A stretch of 64,000 bases of DNA. Origin: Octopus bimaculoides (lineage: Eukaryota). The first letter of the stretch is position 1. Each line of letters begins with the position of its first letter. The translations under genes were made by a program, and so were the position numbers. Positions 37,701-47,803 of this stretch are shown here, in pieces. Below the pieces are notes generated by a model. That model was not told the origin of the DNA, did not search any database, and was given only the letters and a program-made list of their open reading frames with translations. Location of the stretch: the NCBI RefSeq assembly GCF_001194135.2, contig NC_068985.1:33908001-33972000 (forward strand). The letters run 5' to 3'.

Positions 37701-40700
37701 CAGGACTTATTCTTTGTAAGCCTAGTACTTATTCTATCGGTCTCTTTTGCTGAACCGCTAATTTATGGGGACATAAACACACCAGCATTGGTTGTCAAGC
37801 GATGTCTTTGGGGAGGAACAAGTACAGACACACAAACACACACACATATATATATATATATATGATGGGCTTCTTTCAGTTTCCATCTACCAAATCTACT
37901 CACAAGGCTTTGGTCAGCCCAAGGCACTTGCCCAAGGTAGAAGACACTTGCCTAAGGTGCCACGCAGTGGGACTGAACCTGGAACCATGTGCTCGGTAAG
38001 CAAGCTACTTACCACACAGCCACTCCTGCACCTGTATATATATTCTTTTATTCTTTTACTTGTTTCAGTCATTTGACTAAAGGGTTTTAGTTGAAGAAAT
38101 TGAGCCCAGGACTTATTCTTTGTAAGCCCAGTACTTATTCTTTCGGTCTCTTTTGCCGAATCGCTAAGTTACGAGATGTAAACACACCAATATCTGCTGT
38201 GAAGTGATGGGGGGGGGGACAAAGACAAATACACACACATATATATACATATATACATACACACACACACAACAGGTTTCTTTCAGCTTCTGTCTGCCGG
38301 CCTGAGGCTATAGTTGAAGACACTTGCTAAAGCTACCATACAGTGTGACTGAACCCAAAACCATGTGGTTGGGAAGCAAGTTTCTTACCATACAGCCACG
38401 CCTGTACCTATAAATATATATATATACACAAACACATGCATATAAATATATACATGTACACACTAGTACATATATATTCTTTCTGAGTGATGGAAACAGA
38501 ACAGTATTAGTTCAAAAGAGCAATCTGTGTATTGTGCTTAAAGTAGACACATTGTTGAAAGGTTACTAAACTGTAGTATTGTTTTATAAATGTATAGTGT
38601 TAAGAAATACAGAAAAATATCAGTAGCAGACAACAATCATCCAGTAGCAGTAGTGGAATTGTTAAATATATATTTCTCCCACTTCAGTAACAAATATCCT
38701 CTAGTAACAATATGGTAAGATAAAATTAGCCACTACTGATATAGGAAAACAGTGATTTTTCAATCAATGATGTCACAATTAGCTGGCAAGTTGAATCAAA
38801 ATTTGTTATTAGTGATGGAAGCAGTATTGATTTTAAATGGCAATCTGGGGATCATACATAAAGTAGACACATATTGAACCCTGATAAACTCTAGTGATCA
38901 TCTTTTGAGATACTGGAAGAAACCTGTTCTTGTTTCGTCAATCAAACTTCAACAGCCCAAGACCTAACATAATGTGACTCTCACTGAACTGTATTCCCAC
39001 ATATTACATAAGAACTTCTTTAGTGCTGATGTCACAAAAAAAAAAAAAAAAAAAATCAGTATTCTGTAAAGTAATTGGCATAAGGAAGGGTATCCAGGTA
39101 TAGAAAACCATGCCAAAGCTGACATTAGTGCATGACACTGTTCTCTAGACCAGGGGTTTTCAAACTTTTTTACTTGCGGACCCCTTTATATTTCAGGCTT
39201 TACTTTGGGACCCCCTTATAAACGCTTATGAAATTTATACATAAAATATTTGCTTAAAAAATAACATATCATCATCATCGTTTAACGTCTGCTTTCCATG
39301 CTAGCATGGGTTGGACGATTTGACTGAGGACTGGTGAAACCGGATGGCAACACCAGGCTCCAATCTAATTTGGCAGAGTTTCTAAAGCTGGATGCCCTTC
39401 CTAACGCCAACCACTCAGAGAGTGTAGTGGGTGCTTTTATGTGTCACCCGCACGAAAACGGCCACGCTCGAAATGGTGTCTTTTATGTGCCACCCGCACA
39501 AGAGCCAGTCCAGGGGCACTGCCAACGATCTCGCTTGAAAACCCTACAAAGGCCAGTCAGGCGGTACTGGCAACGGTCACGCTCAAGATGGTACATCTTA
39601 TGTGNNNNNNNNNNNNNNNNNNNNNNNNNNNNNNNNNNNNNNNNNNNNNNNNNNNNNNNNNNNNNNNNNNNNNNNNNNNNNNNNNNNNNNNNNNNNNNNN
39701 NNNNNNNNNNNNNNNNNNNNNNNNNNNNNNNNNNNNNNNNNNNNNNNNNNNNNNNNNNNNNNNNNNNNNNNNNNNNNNNNNNNNNNNNNNNNNNNNNNNN
39801 NNNNNNNNNNNNNNNNNNNNNNNNNNNNNNNNNNNNNNNNNNNNNNNNNNNNNNNNNNNNNNNNNNNNNNNNNNNNNNNNNNNNNNNNNNNNNNNNNNNN
39901 NNNNNNNNNNNNNNNNNNNNNNNNNNNNNNNNNNNNNNNNNNNNNNNNNNNNNNNNNNNNNNNNNNNNNNNNNNNNNNNNNNNNNNNNNNNNNNNNNNNN
40001 NNNNNNNNNNNNNNNNNNNNNNNNNNNNNNNNNNNNNNNNNNNNNNNNNNNNNNNNNNNNNNNNNNNNNNNNNNNNNNNNNNNNNNNNNNNNNNNNNNNN
40101 NNNNNNNNNNNNNNNNNNNNNNNNNNNNNNNNNNNNNNNNNNNNNNNNNNNNNNNNNNNNNNNNNNNNNNNNNNNNNNNNNNNNNNNNNNNNNNNNNNNN
40201 NNNNNNNNNNNNNNNNNNNNNNNNNNNNNNNNNNNNNNNNNNNNNNNNNNNNNNNNNNNNNNNNNNNNNNNNNNNNNNNNNNNNNNNNNNNNNNNNNNNN
40301 NNNNNNNNNNNNNNNNNNNNNNNNNNNNNNNNNNNNNNNNNNNNNNNNNNNNNNNNNNNNNNNNNNNNNNNNNNNNNNNNNNNNNNNNNNNNNNNNNNNN
40401 NNNNNNNNNNNNNNNNNNNNNNNNNNNNNNNNNNNNNNNNNNNNNNNNNNNNNNNNNNNNNNNNNNNNNNNNNNNNNNNNNNNNNNNNNNNNNNNNNNNN
40501 NNNNCCACATACAAAAACTAACTTCGTAGTTAATCTGCCTTTGATATTGCTGCACCTCTTATGTGTCCATAGCTTGCACTGGGTACATCTTATAGAGTTA
40601 CTACCTACTCCTTTTCTGCATACTGAATTTTTACATTTATTTATTTAACAGTTTTTAACAAATAGGTTTATTGTCAATTAAAAGATTTCGATTAAAAAAC

Positions 40701-43700
40701 ATATATAAAATCAAATTGCTCATAAAAAGTATTTGCTGTCCACGGATCCCCTGTCTTGTCCTTGCGGACCCCCTGTGGTCCGCGGACCACAGTTTGAAAA
40801 CCCCTGCTCTAGACTCATTAGATTCTTTCAAACTGACCAACCTATGTCAATATGGAAAACAGATTGTTAAATGATCATACACAGACATATATATATATAT
40901 ATATATATATAGATGAGTATCATTGTATCAACCAGATTATTGGATGTTGTTACACACTGCTGGTCACATTGTGTCTTCTTGTATTGTTGTATGATGCTAT
41001 CTAGTTAGCTAGGTGGGCTGGCCAACGTTCCCACTGAACAGAATGCCAGTCCATCACTAGATATCCAACTACAGCTGAGTGAAGAAGAGCAGTGTAAAAT
41101 GAAGTGCTTTGTTCAAGAACACAATGCACTACTCTAGGAATTGAAACTCTGATCTTGAGATCATGAATGCAACACCCCAAAAAACTAAGCCACATGCTTT
41201 CTCTCTCTTTCCACACATATAAGAAATGTAGTCTATAGTATTAGGTGTACTCAGGGACTTGTGCTGAAACAGGATAACGACATACATTGGGGAGACAGCA
41301 CATAGCACAGGTGAGCAGAGAGGTGAAACCTGGTGGAAGCTCAAAGAGGAAAGCTCTTCAGTGGTCTACCAACATTCTTGGTAAAAACTTCTTTGTTCAC
41401 TGTAGTTATTCTTACTGGCTTCTAGAATGTTGATCAATAGTTTCCAACCTTAAGGAAACTTCTTTTAGACTTTCCTGAAATCTTTACCCTGTCCAGCAAC
41501 ACTTTCAATCATTCAGTGGTCTACCAACATGGAGGCTCAGTTAATAATATAGATGTTAAGATACTATCAACACATAAAACAAGCTACAGAGGCCACACAC
41601 ATAGTAATAGACAGACTGAGCCTCAAGAGAAAGTGTAAAATAATAAACTCCCTCCACCCACTACATAATCTGACTAAAGACAGAATGAAGGAAAAAAAGA
41701 TACAAATAGTATAATACACAAACCCTTATGCATACACACAAAACAGAACGAGAAAGAAAAAATACAAATAAATGATGATGTATGCATACATATGTAAACT
41801 TTCACATTAAATAGGTTCAACAACTAATTTTAGTGACCCCACCTCTCTATGTCAGGCATCTTATTCTAAGCAATTTCTACTTATATAACCCTTTACCAGA
41901 TGTCACATGCTCTCATCTTATGCTTCTTTCTACCATCTTGGTCTGAATTTGTTAAGATCATCTCATCACCAGATCGATTGATGACCTTGGCATCATTTCT
42001 AGTTTCCAGTGGTCTATCTGCAATCTGTCCTTCCTAGTTCCATTTAACCTTGTTTTACCTTTGAGAATGCTGGGGATTCTCACCTGCTTCTGCACACACT
42101 ATGCTGTTCTCCTGTTGATCATGAACTAATTGCATTTGGTCATAGGGTACACATAAAGTGTCTTTTTTAATCTAATTCTAGGTCTCTGAACTGTATGTGG
42201 CTGTTGATAATATATATTCATTATGTATTCTTCTTTTTAGAATCAAGGAAATATTGCTTTTAAGGATGGTATGAGATCAACCCAACGACTGCCACTTCAC
42301 CGTGATCCCTTCATCCTTGGCTAGCATTGCTCAGCTGCACTGACCTCAGTAGACATTATCCAGTGGTTTTAATGCATCTACTGAGTATAAGACCATTGAG
42401 CAGATTGCTCAATGGTCTTATACTAAAACTTATTTTTAGGTTTTCATTTGCCATCACTTAAATTTTCTTCAAGTTCATGAGGAAGCTGACAAAAAGTAGG
42501 ATATCATGGAAAAACCTCAAATGATATGAGTATTTCCATCAATCCTAATTCTTCTTGATTCACAACCTTGCTAGCAAAAACCTTATGCTAGACATGCTAT
42601 AAAGAGTCTTGATGAGGTTGTATCATCTTGTTAGACTTCTTTCTCCAACTGGAATACTTCAGATTTGAGTAATCATATGAATGACTAGAATTATTGTAAA
42701 TTTTTTGTTGTTTGAGGGCTATAATGATTAGTTCAATTTCTACTGAGTCAAAGGCCTATTTGTAGCCAAGAAAGGAATAGCCTTTACTGAAGCCTGCGTG
42801 TTCTCATGGTTGATTTTTGTGAAGAGTTTTAATTCTATCAGTGATACATTTTATAAAGCTGATAGGGCTAAAATTTGGTAGCCTCTTTTGCATTGTACTT
42901 CCTGTGAAGCAGGATTGTGATGGTATTGTTTCATTTATTCTGTATTTTTCTTGTTTCAGTCAGGTCATAGAAAAGTTGGCTTACTTTTTAAGGATTAATT
43001 CTCAGACATCTCAAAGAAGGTTAATGATGATGTTATCTGTGCCTGGAGCTTTGCCTTTCTTCATGGTACTGATAGCATTTTCAACTCCTTTCATGGCTAC
43101 TTGTAGAATATCTGCAATTTCATGTACATTTTCATCCTTCGTCTGTTGATTAGAAGAATACAGTTCTTGATAAAAACTTCTTTGTTCACTGTGGTTATTC
43201 TTACTGGCTTCTAAAATGTTGATCAATAGTTTCCAACCTTAAGGAAACTTCTTTTAGACTTTCTTGAAATCTCTGCCCTGTCCAACTTTCAATCAATCAC
43301 ACAGTGTTTCAGTGACAGTCCATTCTTTGTTTCTTACTAACAGTTTTACTCCATTCTACATATCTAACTTTCTTCTCTCATGTTGTCCTGAAGCATTATA
43401 GCTATCTGCATTTTGTCATTACATTTCTGGTCTCTCTTCTGAGAAGCTATTTGTCTTGTCTTACCTTTCTCTATTATTTACCAACAGACATCAGTGGTTC
43501 ACAAATGTTTCTATTTAGATCAATCACTGACCCTACTGTTATTTTGGTGTTCTTTAGGAGCTGTATAGCGATGCTGTTACATTACTGGTTAATGTCCATG
43601 AAAAACCATTAAGGATAAATCTTAGATAAGCATAGAATTTTGTTCAGTTCTTTCTATACTGTAAATTTGGCGGATAGATTGATCGAAAGTAAACGAAGAA

Positions 43701-43853
43701 AACATTTGCAAACAAGTGTGTTATTACTTGAAAATACCATTTTACAATGTCACAGAATTGATACTATAAACAATTACACATGAAAATTAGATGCTGAAAA
43801 AGTCTGCAAAACAGCCTTTTTAACTTCATGAAAAAGAACTTCAATATATATAC

Positions 43854-43892
<39 letters not shown>

Positions 43893-45096
43893 TGATCAGT
43901 CATCATATATTTATTTTCATTAGAGGATTAAAATACTTATAGAAATCACATCAACACAACTGCACCACATATACAAGATATCTTGATTAGAATATGCTAA
44001 TATTTTTTCGCAAATGCTACACGTTTCTCAATAAGCTGTTATGAGTAAACAATAATAAAAGCATCTTCAGCTATTGATTTGGCAAGATCTACAGTTGAAT
44101 GTTTCTGCCGCTCTTCTAAGTTGTTAGGTTTTTTCATCTAGTTTTTCATAACTGGAATTACTAACATCTTAATACTAGCCACTATCAAGTTTATACAGTT
44201 AGGAATTTTTTTTCTTTTTTCTGCTACATGTTTTCTAACGGGTATTCAATCTTCCTAATGGGTTGGACAGGTATGCAAATCTGAATCTGTCAATCTATCA
44301 GACTCAGCTTATTACTAAAAGGATCCGAAAATTATCAAACTTCTACTGGAACATATCACTGAATCTCAAGACTCATACGGAACAAGGATAATTTATTTTA
44401 CCCCCAATATCCAGGTGAATATTGGTTATAAAAAGAGAATTGTTTGTTTTCAAAATCCGAGTTGTTTTGAATGAATTAAATCTAAACCCACTGAAACACA
44501 TTTAGTTATCTATCAGAAGTGGGTGTGTCACGAAATCATGCGATAATTCAAGAATAACATTCTTTGCAGTACTTTTTACTTTACTTGTTAAAGTTACAAA
44601 CATTTTAAATTCATACTGTTACTACTACTACTGTTAAAAAATAATAACGAGGATTTTTAAATTTGTATTTAATAATTTAGTCTACCTCACAATTAGTAGA
44701 CCTAACTTTGAATACTGGATTCAGGTGCGAGACCGAATCTTTATTAAATTATTTATTGAAGTTTCAATTTGTCTTGGTTAACGAAGACTAACTAATAAAA
44801 GATACTAATAATTTTATTTGTTTACATATTTATTGAAAGGAATTTACTGAGAAATGTTATTGATATAAATTAAACTGAAACGTATCCGAAAGTTTGAATG
44901 AAAGTAAGTTACTAAAATCGGGGAAACATTGTATTCAAACAGGAAATTTATAAAAATAGCTGCGAAGGAAAATATGAGGTATGTAAAATGGAGGATCTTT
45001 AGTATGGATTTAGAAAAAAAAAATAGTGAAAAAAATAATCGAGGAAACCTGTAGTAAGATTTTCAAGTCCTCGAAATGTAGATTGGTGGTCGCCAT
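13885..45096 (-). CDS. COMMD9: COMM domain-containing protein 9 (Commander/CCC subunit), 6 exons, 199 aa
   Basis: Exons 45096-45049, 30926-30798, 20979-20895, 17867-17778, 15460-15357 and 14028-13885 total 600 nt, all GT-AG with compatible phases. The protein includes FPANFHNNLKELLVKII, SLPHLVDFDWRVDLK, SRMSVPTCL and VELSKETLNTMLDGLSKIRDQLSSVA, matching the vertebrate COMMD9 segments I recall (FPENFHQNLK, SLPRLVDLDWRVDIK, ELSKETLDTMLDGLGRIRDQLSAVA). Confidence 0.95.
15003..15285 (-). mobile_element. tRNA-derived SINE family A
   Basis: High similarity to 53196-53567. Confidence 0.85.
15357..15460 (-). CDS. COMMD9: COMMD9 exon 5
   Basis: (V)SLPHLVDFDWRVDLKAASNTISRMSVPTCLVQFE, containing the COMM-domain WRVD motif; gtaagc donor. 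Confidence 0.95.
16192..16530 (-). mobile_element. tRNA-derived SINE family E
   Basis: Minus-strand head gtgaaggcgcatggctcagtggttagagca...gtttgattccc; diverged relatives near 7620-7925 and 41000-41190. Confidence 0.7.
17181..17427 (+). mobile_element. SINE family B
   Basis: ggcggtgagctggcagaa...ttctgagttcaaatc...cctttcgggg...aataaagaat. Confidence 0.8.
17778..17867 (-). CDS. COMMD9: COMMD9 exon 4
   Basis: (A)NFHNNLKELLVKIIIDNYSKWREASIKNQ; phase 1-1; gtaggt donor. Confidence 0.93.
18464..18684. mobile_element. Mariner-derived MITE
   Basis: Imperfect TIRs tacaagggaatgttgaaaagtttctggct / agccaggaatttttcagcacccccttata with TA ends. Confidence 0.75.
20804..20848. repeat. Compound (CT)n(AT)n microsatellite
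   Basis: Direct reading; similar compounds at about 22885-22942 and 25638-25705. Confidence 0.9.
20895..20979 (-). CDS. COMMD9: COMMD9 exon 3
   Basis: LYIALNLLLKKAIFADTQNPEVLRKLFP; tttcag acceptor, gtaagt donor. Confidence 0.92.
25638..25705. repeat. Compound (CT)n(AT)n(GT)n microsatellite
   Basis: Direct reading. Confidence 0.9.
29150..29690 (+). mobile_element. RTE-clade LINE RT fragment
   Basis: AFIDLEKAFDRVHL...LRKL motif near 29455-29525. Confidence 0.75.
30322..30535 (+). mobile_element. SINE family B, diverged
   Basis: Similar to 17181-17427. Confidence 0.7.
30798..30926 (-). CDS. COMMD9: COMMD9 exon 2
   Basis: CPSKDIVIKICNDIMKFSGLGSPEPQLKLIGCSLKIDKKQSEN; long polypyrimidine tract, gtaagt donor, phase 0-0. 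Confidence 0.9.
31535..32380 (+). mobile_element. Decayed Tc1/mariner-superfamily element
   Basis: Imperfect TIRs (ggctaaatttga core). Internal frame PNSPNCNPMDYYAWG resembles the WPPxSPDxNPxD motif. Confidence 0.75.
36716..37032. repeat. Imperfect inverted repeat (arms of about 115-120 bp) with hammerhead-like cores; possible Penelope-like terminal remnant
   Basis: Arm 36716-36833 is the approximate reverse complement of 36912-37030. Each carries CTGANGA-AGGT-(39 nt)-ACCT-GAAAC. Confidence 0.75.
37622..38408 (-). mobile_element. Two adjacent SINE family A copies
   Basis: Copies at about 37622-38032 and 38040-38408, same orientation, both similar to 53196-53567. Confidence 0.8.
39268..39604 (-). 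mobile_element. SINE family C, running into the N gap
   Basis: Matches 63660-64000; has internally repeated atgtgycacccgcac units. Confidence 0.8.
39605..40504. other. Assembly gap (900 N)
   Basis: Run of N. Confidence 1.
41850..43560 (-). mobile_element. Decayed RTE-clade LINE (endonuclease to RT region)
   Basis: Track ORF 43011..43226 contains VENAISTMKKGKAPGTDNI, similar to EVxxAxxxMKxGKAPGxDGI. Confidence 0.7.
45049..45096 (-). CDS. COMMD9: COMMD9 exon 1
   Basis: ATGGCG start; MATTNLHFEDLKILLQ is similar to vertebrate MAALTAEHFAALQSLLK; phase 0; atypical donor gtttcc. Confidence 0.82.
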
Positions 45097-45331
45097 AGTT
45101 GTGCACGTGACCGATGCTTGTTTGTGCCGCCACCTGCGTGTGGAAAATAGCAGCCAATGAACGTCGAGTAGGAACGGGGCCGGCACGGGCAGCTACGGTT
45201 GGCGGGAAGCTGTGCCAAATCTAGTCGATCGTCTGCTTTCAGTGAGATCAGTAGCTTCTCTCGTATCTCGCCGGCATTTTGCTTTCCGTTCTTATTTTTA
45301 CTTAGGGAAATCACACTCAAATACAACAAAT
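45097..45331. promoter_or_regulatory. Putative bidirectional promoter between COMMD9 and the acidic-protein gene
   Basis: GC/CpG-rich 235 bp between divergent ATGs; CACGTG at 45104-45109, CCAAT at 45154-45158, TTGGCGGGAA (E2F-type) at 45199-45208. Confidence 0.7.
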
Positions 45332-45345
45332 ATGCCAGACACAAA
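45332..45345 (+). CDS. Acidic protein exon 1 (coding part)
   Basis: ATG CCA GAC ACA AA|gtaag; phase 2 matches exon 2. Confidence 0.72.
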
Positions 45346-47803
45346 GTAAGAAATTTTTTTCATTCCTCTAAACTTCAATGAAATTATTACACTATTCTGT
45401 TTTTTTAGTGTAAAATTTTTACTTTTATCCATTTTTCTGAAATACCATTGTAAATTTTATTCTTTCCATGATGGTCGACTCAATTTGTTCTCAGAATTTA
45501 AAATAAATCTTTATTATTTCACTAAATCACTAGTATCTAAACGAATTGTGCTATAAGAAAGATTTATTAATGAAATTATATTTTCATGAAGCATAAGTTA
45601 TTAATGAAAATCCGTTTGCTAATTTTCCATATCTTTTTCTTAGCCGTTGCCGTGTATTTCTCTTAAAATGAACGACATAAAAGCGCAAATTTACCTTTTA
45701 TAAAAATGAAATTTCTATATATTCTTAAATGGTTTATAAAAAATGTTTCCCCGCTTGGTTGTCTTCCAAAACTTAAATATTTTATACCTGACTTTTGTTG
45801 TTAGTATTGTCGGTGGTTCTTTTGTTCTGAGGCTAAGTAAAAACTCTGCTATAAATTTATGTCATTTAATTTAAATATTTCGCCTAAATTTCTCTAAATT
45901 CCTACAATTAACTTTAAATATAATTTGGGATAATCTTCAGTCATTTTTTTTTTTAATTTTGAAGAATTTATGTTGATATCTAATATTTCATTGGTTTTTA
46001 TAGTAATGTAAATTAATGCGTGCTAATATATAGTTTTATATACGGTCCCCTTTTTATATTTAATGAAAACTAATTTCCTTTCTATGTTCCCCTGTTAAGA
46101 TTGCCATATTAGCCAAGTCTTTGTCCGGTTAACCTGTCCCCCACCCATGGTTATTTCCAGTTCCTTTTTTTTTCCTTTGGCTCCACTTAACGACATGGCT
46201 TTTATATGAATGATAGATGCGGCTTTGTCATTTCTATGGTTTCCCTGAAGCCCCGACCACCTTTTAGCTTTGTAGGTAAGTCAAACCGTTTCTCGGTGTC
46301 CGTCTCTGTCCTGATCGATTGAGAGGGTTAGAGCAGCGCGGAGGAGGGGATCTGCTTGGGATAGGGGGTGGTGGATAAGGTTAGGGGACTGGGAGTGTTG
46401 AAAAAAAAAAGTTCGGCTAAAGAAATAAGGAGAAGGCTGTGTAAGGAGGCTTTAGTCAACCGTTGACTTTGTATTGACTGGTGCTGAAAGCTTCTCCAAT
46501 CTGCACAAAGCAATGGTCCTGTCCGCCGCTACCACTTGCCTCCAACTTCCACTGACTCTTTCCTTTCTGTTCTCCCCCCCCCACCTCTTCTATCACCGGC
46601 AAATTTTTATCTCTGGTTTTACCCGCCTCCGCCGCCGAAATAGTTGACTACTTAACTAACACATTTCTTTTCCTCGTTCCGTTTGTTCGCTTGTTTTGTT
46701 TATAATAAAGAATGCCAAACATACAAGTGTGTTGCTGTTTCGTTAGAGGAAACGGCTAGGTGCCGTTGTATGTAGATCAGTTTTCTTTCTCTAACAAAGC
46801 TTGTTTTGCTTTGTGGTGAAATTTAATTTTGAATCTGAGATTATTCGGATTTCTCACTTTGTAATTGAATTAAATACTTCACAATTTCTGTGGTGGGTAA
46901 AGGGGTTTTATTTTCCTTTCTAACGGCTAAGAGCAGCAACTGAGTATTAGCGATGCATCGATCTTTATAGAGAATAGATTTTATTTTATAGTATTTTACT
47001 TTATTCAGGACCAATGACCAGGAGACTGAAGTTGAGACTCCAGTTGTCAAGAAAGTAGATGATAAAAAGCCTGAAGTAAGATTTGGTTTTACGTTGATTT
47101 TTCTCACATTTATTGAAATATACCTTATTATTTTTTGGAGGGTTACGATGTTTGTGAATTGTTATATTTATTGCTACCTGTTTCAGGTGGAGAGCGAAAA
47201 GAATGCTGAGGATGGCAAGACTGGAGATAAAAAAGACAAAAAAGACGGTAAAGATGATTCCGACAAAGTAAACAGTTCTGAACAGCAGCCGGATGACTCC
47301 GAGTCGAACGACAAATCTGAATCTGGAGCTGAGGATTGTAATGATAACAAAGAAGAGACAAACAACAAAGAAAACGACGAGAAAGAGAACGAAGACGGTA
47401 GGTTTGCCATTAACGTTTTGCTTTAAAAGCTTTGGGAGAGGGATGTCTTCTTTTTCTTTGTATTTTCAGCAGAGACACATGGAAAGTGGTGTGGTATGTA
47501 TGTTAGTTGGTTCTGTAGAGGTGTGGGTGTTCCCTGGTTCGTTACGGAGCGGTTAAGCATCATGCTCCTCGCCAGAATATCGCACGCATCACTACCATAC
47601 TTTTTTTGTTCTTTATTTTACTTTTTTTTTTTTCATTCGCCGCTACTTAAGGGGTATATTTGACTGAAGCTTATTGTTCCTCTTCAGATGTGATCAGCCC
47701 GCGCAAAAGAGCCCCAGATGACTTCATAAGGGACGATGTCAGCCCATCTAAGAAATCAAAAACAGAAACTGAAGAGAAGGAAGCTGTAGCACCAGAGTCA
47801 TGA
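45332..47803 (+). CDS. Small acidic, probably intrinsically disordered protein with a C-terminal bipartite NLS (prothymosin/parathymosin-like), 4 exons, 135 aa
   Basis: Exons 45332-45345, 47009-47075, 47187-47397 and 47688-47803 total 408 nt, all GT-AG and in frame: MPDTKTNDQETEVETPVVKKVDDKKPEVESEKNAEDGKTGDKKDKKDGKDDSDKVNSSEQQPDDSESNDKSESGAEDCNDNKEETNNKENDEKENEDDVISPRKRAPDDFIRDDVSPSKKSKTETEEKEAVAPES*. The gene model is solid; the family name is tentative. Confidence 0.85.
47009..47075 (+). CDS. Acidic protein exon 2
   Basis: ttattcag acceptor; (K)TNDQETEVETPVVKKVDDKKPE; gtaaga donor. Confidence 0.85.
47187..47397 (+). CDS. Acidic protein exon 3
   Basis: tttcag acceptor; D/E/K/N-rich frame within the track ORF 47094..47426; gtaggt donor, phase 1. 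Confidence 0.9.
47688..47803 (+). CDS. Acidic protein exon 4
   Basis: cttcag acceptor; DVISPRKRAPDDFIRDDVSPSKKSKT...ES*; AATAAA at 47926-47931. Confidence 0.85.

Larger units (their letters stand above)
39151..40806. mobile_element. Non-autonomous hAT element with 8-bp TSD, containing a SINE and the assembly gap
   Basis: TIRs caggggttttcaaac / gtttgaaaacccctg; TSD CTCTAGAC at 39143-39150 and 40807-40814. Confidence 0.85.

Noticed and set aside
39323-39340. CTGAGGA-ctggt-GAAA within SINE family C
   Set aside because: No stem II pairing, and the motif varies among copies (GAAC at 63.7 kb).
39334-40648. Five long ORFs (332-395 aa) in the track
   Set aside because: They are artefacts of translating through the 900-N gap; the flanks are SINE sequence.
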